Translations under genes and position numbers: made by a program | The notes under the pieces: generated by a model | Database searches by the model: none | What the model saw: only the letters and a program-made list of their open reading frames with translations | What the model was told of the DNA's origin: nothing | Assembly: GCA_002361235.1 (NCBI GenBank) | Contig: DESI01000005.1 | Coordinates: 204-64,203, forward strand | Reading direction: 5' to 3' | DNA length: 64,000 nucleotides | From: Porphyromonadaceae bacterium UBA3318 | Lineage (GTDB): Bacteria; Bacteroidota; Bacteroidia; Bacteroidales; Muribaculaceae | Shown: in pieces, positions 58,168 through 64,000 of the stretch | How the letters are laid out: each line of letters begins with the position of its first letter | How positions within the stretch are numbered: position 1 is the first letter of the stretch

Positions 58168-60555
58168 ATGGCAAAGAAGCTTCAAATTCGAGACCTGACT
58201 CTTCGCGACGGACAGCAGTCACTGTTCGCTACGCGCCTGAAACAGGAAAACGTTGACAAGCTGCTCCCTCTGTACCGGGAGGCTAAGTTCTATATCATGG
58301 AAGTATGGGGCGGCGCAGTGCCCGACTCCGTGATGCGCTACTTAGGCGAGTCCCCCTGGGACCGTCTGCGCGCATGCTCCAAGGAAATGAAGGGCATCTC
58401 CCTTCTGTCCGCCCTGTCGCGCGGCCGCAACCTGTTCGGATACGTTCCCTATCCCGACAGTGTGCTCGAAGGCTTCTACAAGAAAGCCATTGAGAACGGT
58501 CTGAACGTGATGCGTATCTTCGACGCGCTCAACGACATCAACAACATCAAGGGCTCGATCCGCATGATCAACGAGCTGGGCGGCATATCCGACACCGCCG
58601 TATGCTATACCGTCGATCCCAAGGGAACGCCCGAAAACGAGAAGATATTCACGGACGATTACTTCGTCAACCTGGCTCTGGAAATGGAGAAACTGGGTGC
58701 CAAGATGATCACCGTCAAGGACATGGCCGGTCTGGTAAGCCCCTCGCGCATCTATACGCTGATGCCCAAGCTGAAGAAGGCTCTGAAGGTACCCGTCGAC
58801 TTCCACACCCACTGTACTCCCGGCTACGGTCTGGCTTCAGTGCTGACGGCCATCATACAGGGCGTGGACATCGTCGACACCAACATCTGGTGGTTCGGCG
58901 GCGGCTCCGCGGCTCCTTCCATCGAGCTTATAAAGATATTCTGCGACAAACTCGGCGTAGAGGTTGACGCCAACATGGAGGCTGTGGCCAAGATCCGCCA
59001 CGAGCTCAAGAACGCCCGCAAGGCACTGGCTGACTTCGACCTCAACAAGGACAAATGGCCCAAGGACTTCGACGAGGCCTTCGCAGCCATGCCCAAGGAG
59101 ATTGACGCCGAATTCGACCGCGCCATCGAGGCCGCAAAGAACAACAAGGAGGAGGAACTGCTCGACGCATGCCACAAGATCGAGGCTTACTTCGGACTTC
59201 CCAAGCCCAACGAGCTGGTGAAGAACGCCGAGGTGCCCGGCGGTATGTACTCCAATATGGTGGCCAACCTCCGCGCTCTCGGTGCCGAGGACGTTCTGGA
59301 GGACGCCATGGCACTGATTCCTAAGGTACGTCGCGATGCTGGCCTCGTGCCTCTCGTCACGCCTACAAGCCAGATCGTGGGTTCGCAGGCCGTGAACCTC
59401 GCCATGGACCGCCGCAAGGGCAACGCCGACTATACGCAGAAGAACAATCAGTTCATCTCGCTCGTGAAGGGCGAATACGGCACGACTCCCGTGCCCGTCG
59501 ATCCCAAGTTCCGCGAGCAGATCACCGGCAGCGCCGAGGAGAAACCCTACGACGTGACTTCTTACAAGAAACCGGAAAACCCGAACCTTGACAAGTTCGG
59601 TGGTATGCCTCTGGCAGCCAACGAGGAGGAATATCTGCTTCTCGAACTTCTCCCGGCCGTGGCCAAGACGTTCCTGACCAACAAGCGCAAAGCCGAATAT
59701 GAGGCCAACAAGCCCGCCGAGGCTCCTGCCGCAGCAGCGGCTCAGGCTGCTCCCGCGGCCCAGGCTCCCGCCGGCGAGGTGTTCTGCGCTCCGATGGGCG
59801 GCAACATCATGGAGATCCGCGTAAAACCCGGCGACGTGGTCAAACCCGGCGACGTGGTGCTGGTTTACGAGGCCATGAAGATGGAGAACGACCTGGCCTG
59901 CGACAAGGGAGGCAAGGTTAAGCGTGTGCTCGTAGCCGACGGCGACGTCATGTCCACCGACCAGCCTCTGATCGAGTTCGAGGGCACCGGCGCTCCCGTT
60001 GCGGCCGCTCCCGCAGTTGCGGCCGCAGCTCCTGCTCCCGCCCCCGCCCCCGCTGCCGACGGTCCGATATTCAACGCTCCGATGGGTGGTACCGTACTCG
60101 AAGTGAAGGTTAAGCCCGGCGATGCTGTCAAGGCCGGTGACACCCTGCTGGTGTACGAGGCAATGAAGATGGAGAACAATCTGGCCAGCGACCGCGACGG
60201 CGTCATCGCCAAGGTCATGATCGAGGACGGCGACGTGATGAACACCGACCAGCCCCTGTTCCAGTTTGCCGGAGCAGGCGCACCCGCCGCTGCGAAACCC
60301 GCTCCCGCACCCAAGCCCGTAGCCGCTCCGAAGCCCGCGCCTAAGGCCGAGGCTCCCAAGCCCGCCGCTATGGTGAAGAAAGTGGACATCAACCGCGCGT
60401 TGCCTTCGGTTGAAGGCGGCACGGCCGGCAGCAACCCTGTGCCGGAGCATCACGCCGACAACGCGCCGGCCCTGAAGCTCGCCAACGGCACGACTCTCCA
60501 GATCGACATCAACCCCAATGGAGGAATCTCGATCAAAATCACGACAGGTAAATAA
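58168..60555 (+). CDS. Oxaloacetate decarboxylase alpha / pyruvate carboxylase subunit B-like carboxyltransferase with two biotin-carrier domains
   Basis: RDGQQSL, EVWGGA, VKDMAG, HTHCT, VPGGMYSN, VTPTSQIVG; EAMKM at 59872 and 60160. Confidence 0.88.
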   Translation: MAKKLQIRDLTLRDGQQSLFATRLKQENVDKLLPLYREAKFYIMEVWGGAVPDSVMRYLGESPWDRLRACSKEMKGISLLSALSRGRNLFGYVPYPDSVLEGFYKKAIENGLNVMRIFDALNDINNIKGSIRMINELGGISDTAVCYTVDPKGTPENEKIFTDDYFVNLALEMEKLGAKMITVKDMAGLVSPSRIYTLMPKLKKALKVPVDFHTHCTPGYGLASVLTAIIQGVDIVDTNIWWFGGGSAAPSIELIKIFCDKLGVEVDANMEAVAKIRHELKNARKALADFDLNKDKWPKDFDEAFAAMPKEIDAEFDRAIEAAKNNKEEELLDACHKIEAYFGLPKPNELVKNAEVPGGMYSNMVANLRALGAEDVLEDAMALIPKVRRDAGLVPLVTPTSQIVGSQAVNLAMDRRKGNADYTQKNNQFISLVKGEYGTTPVPVDPKFREQITGSAEEKPYDVTSYKKPENPNLDKFGGMPLAANEEEYLLLELLPAVAKTFLTNKRKAEYEANKPAEAPAAAAAQAAPAAQAPAGEVFCAPMGGNIMEIRVKPGDVVKPGDVVLVYEAMKMENDLACDKGGKVKRVLVADGDVMSTDQPLIEFEGTGAPVAAAPAVAAAAPAPAPAPAADGPIFNAPMGGTVLEVKVKPGDAVKAGDTLLVYEAMKMENNLASDRDGVIAKVMIEDGDVMNTDQPLFQFAGAGAPAAAKPAPAPKPVAAPKPAPKAEAPKPAAMVKKVDINRALPSVEGGTAGSNPVPEHHADNAPALKLANGTTLQIDINPNGGISIKITTGK

Positions 60556-60572
60556 TCCCTGACGATATGACT

Positions 60573-60607
60573 ACCGGCCCCGCCCTCACAGGACGGGGCC
60601 GGTTTTA
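60573..60607 (+). terminator. Terminator after the carboxyltransferase gene
   Basis: ACCGGCCCCG / CGGGGCCGGT stem followed by TTTA. Confidence 0.75.
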
Positions 60608-60697
60608 TTCGGGATCCTCGGGATTCTCGATTAATCGGGATTATCCCGATTAATCCGGATTTATCACGATTATCCCGATAAATCCCGATAAATCCGC
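60607..60697. repeat. Palindromic array of about 10-bp TCGGGAT/ATCCCGA units
   Basis: Perfect central palindrome GATTAATCGGGAT-T-ATCCCGATTAATC (60629-60655); tandem ATCCCGATAA copies at 60672 and 60682. Confidence 0.85.
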
Positions 60698-60726
60698 CGT
60701 TATTTGCACGGTTTCAAAAAAATTTG

Positions 60727-60734
60727 TAACTTTG
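60727..60734 (+). promoter_or_regulatory. -7 box for rpmE2
   Basis: TAACTTTG. Confidence 0.6.
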
Positions 60735-60800
60735 CAGGCCAATTAGTGGGATCGCGACCTGCTAAACCAACTTTTAAACATTAAGTACGTACAAACTGAA

Positions 60801-61055
60801 ATGAAAAAAGATCTTCATCCCAAGGAGTACCGCGAGGTATGTTTCAAGGACATGTCGAACGACGAGACGTTCATCACACGTTCCACTGTTGCTTCGCGCG
60901 AAACAATAGAAATTGACGGCAAGGAGTATCCTCTTGTAAAGCTTGAGATCACCAGCTCCTCGCACCCCTTCTTCACGGGCAAGCAGAAGCTGGTCGACAC
61001 CGCCGGCCGCGTGGACAAGTTCCGCAGCCGTTACGGCAACCGCTCCAAGAAGTAA
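60801..61055 (+). CDS. rpmE2: 50S ribosomal protein L31 type B (no zinc-binding cysteine pairs)
   Basis: [41 protein letters not shown]. Confidence 0.95.
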   Translation: MKKDLHPKEYREVCFKDMSNDETFITRSTVASRETIEIDGKEYPLVKLEITSSSHPFFTGKQKLVDTAGRVDKFRSRYGNRSKK

Positions 61056-61076
61056 TTCTTCGTCATCACCGACCCA

Positions 61077-61114
61077 AAGAGGGCATGTCGGAATCCGTTC
61101 CGCCATGCCCTCTT
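61077..61114 (+). terminator. Terminator after rpmE2
   Basis: AAGAGGGCATG / CATGCCCTCTT stem followed by ATTTCTTT. Confidence 0.7.
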
Positions 61115-61245
61115 ATTTCTTTCATATTTGCAGGGGTGGGAAAAAATTGGTAATTTTGCATTTTAAAATTAGAGCAACGTGCAACGAAGGCGGTTAACTC
61201 ACTTGACAATAACGGTAGCCGGCTTCAATAAAACAGACTTTCACG

Positions 61246-61800
61246 ATGGTATTACCAGTATATGTATACGGACACCCCGTATTGCGCCGGGAGGCTGAGG
61301 ATATCGAGCCAGATTACCCTGAATTACAGAAACTTGTAAAAGACATGTTCGACACGATGTATGCCGCCGGAGGCATCGGTCTTGCCGCGCCGCAGATTGG
61401 CCTCGGCATCGCCGTCATCGTCATCGACGGGTCCGTGCTCGCTTCTGAATTCCCCGAATGCGCCGACTCGAAGATGGTGCTGATCAATCCGCAGCTGGAG
61501 ATTATCGAGGACCAGGCTCCCGTGTCCCGCAGCGAGGGGTGCCTGTCACTGCCCGGCCTTTCCGAGAACGTGAAACGTGTGGAGCACGTATCGCTCGAAT
61601 GGGTCGACGAGAATTTCAAGCCCCACAAGCAGGAATTCTCCGGATTCCTGGCCCGTATCATCCAGCATGAATACGACCATCTGCTCGGAGAAGTGTTCAC
61701 CGACCATATCGCACCTATCCGCAAGCAGATGATACGCTCCAAGCTCAATGCCTTCGAACGCGGCAAAGTGAAGTGCGACTACCGTACCGTAACCAAATAA
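61246..61800 (+). CDS. def: Peptide deformylase
   Basis: GIGLAAPQIG, EGCLSLPG, ARIIQHEYDHL; promoter TAATTTTG at 61151-61158. Confidence 0.96.
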   Translation: MVLPVYVYGHPVLRREAEDIEPDYPELQKLVKDMFDTMYAAGGIGLAAPQIGLGIAVIVIDGSVLASEFPECADSKMVLINPQLEIIEDQAPVSRSEGCLSLPGLSENVKRVEHVSLEWVDENFKPHKQEFSGFLARIIQHEYDHLLGEVFTDHIAPIRKQMIRSKLNAFERGKVKCDYRTVTK

Positions 61801-61805
61801 TATGC

Positions 61806-61909
61806 AGTTGAAAAAGTTGAAAAAGTTTATATAGTTAAGATAAATGTAACGACATCCCGATAAACACACTATTCTCTTAACTTTTTAAACTTTATAAACT
61901 TCATAAACT
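61806..61909 (+). repeat. Composite palindromic element, copy 1: 9-bp-period arms around ATAAATGT-N19-CACTATTCT
   Basis: AGTT at 61806, 61815, 61824, 61833; AACT at 61879, 61888, 61897, 61906. Confidence 0.85.
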
Positions 61910-61915
61910 AACCTT

Positions 61916-63601
<1,686 letters not shown>

Positions 63602-63607
63602 AACCAA

Positions 63608-63710
63608 AGTTGAAAAGGTTATAAAGTTGAAAAAGTTAAGAGAATAGTGCAGTCTTCCGAATCTCAACACATTTATCTTGACTTTTTAAACTTTTTCAAC
63701 TTTCCAAACT
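63608..63710 (-). repeat. Composite palindromic element, copy 2 (inverted relative to copy 1)
   Basis: Reverse complement reads AGTCAAGATAAATGT-N19-CACTATTCTCTTAACTTTTT, matching copy 1. Confidence 0.85.
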
Positions 63711-63732
63711 ACAACAAACTATAAACTGTAAC

Positions 63733-64000
63733 ATGGATTGGTTATTAGAGCTTTTTAAACCAAACAACCTCTCCCTGCCGAGTACCATCATACTCTACTC
63801 GGTAGTGATTTTCACGGGTATCTACCTCGGGAAAATCAAGATTTTCGGCGTGTCGCTCGGCGTGACGTTCGTTCTGTTCGTCGGTCTGCTGCTGGGCCAC
63901 TTCGGATATACCACCAGCCCGGAAGTGCTTAACTTCCTGCGGGACTTCGGTCTGATTCTGTTTATCTTCTCCATCGGTATGCAGGTCGGCCCCGGCTTCT
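63733..64000 (+). CDS. AspT/YidE/YbjL family putative transporter, 5' part (runs off the window)
   Basis: Hand translation MDWLLELF...[27 protein letters not shown]...[18 protein letters not shown]. Confidence 0.8.
   Translation, partial: MDWLLELFKPNNLSLPSTIILYSVVIFTGIYLGKIKIFGVSLGVTFVLFVGLLLGHFGYTTSPEVLNFLRDFGLILFIFSIGMQVGPGF

Noticed and set aside
59700-60400. GC-rich repetitive stretches in the carboxyltransferase gene
   Set aside because: Explained by Ala/Pro/Lys linkers and the biotinyl-domain duplication
60801-61055. Zinc-free L31 as a sign of a zinc-starvation island
   Set aside because: The cysteine-poor type B form is usual in Bacteroidetes and no Zur-like box or zinc-uptake genes are adjacent

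Overview
Chromosomal segment of a Bacteroidales bacterium (Muribaculaceae-like, inferred from TAnnTTTG promoters, gene families and T9SS-type C-termini). Most of it is housekeeping: dprA, class II ribonucleotide reductase nrdJ-malQ, mutL-ostA-surA-PPIase, recQ-clpX-clpP-tig, nadD-gmk-yicC, pgm, PBP1A, an oxaloacetate decarboxylase/pyruvate carboxylase-like protein, rpmE2, def and ettA. A complete L-arabinose operon (araM-araP-araR-araD-araA-araB) with a clear 23-bp operator palindrome sits inside the PPIase/SurA cluster. One AT-rich accessory cassette (about 18.26-22.86 kb) carries a TPR-TM-HTH sensor-regulator divergent from DUF3244-like, C10 cysteine protease and small lipoprotein genes; it is bounded by an 11-bp direct repeat and a synonymously recoded duplicate of the neighbouring gene's 3' end. 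The most unusual non-coding signal is a pair of ~100-bp elements (9-bp-periodic arms, conserved core, 19-nt variable centre) flanking ettA in inverted orientation, together with several other short-period palindromic repeat arrays, one inserted in-frame in ostA. A rubredoxin gene absent from the ORF track was found. No CRISPR array, rRNA, tRNA, integrase or transposase was seen. All assignments come from reading motifs by eye; no database searches were run.
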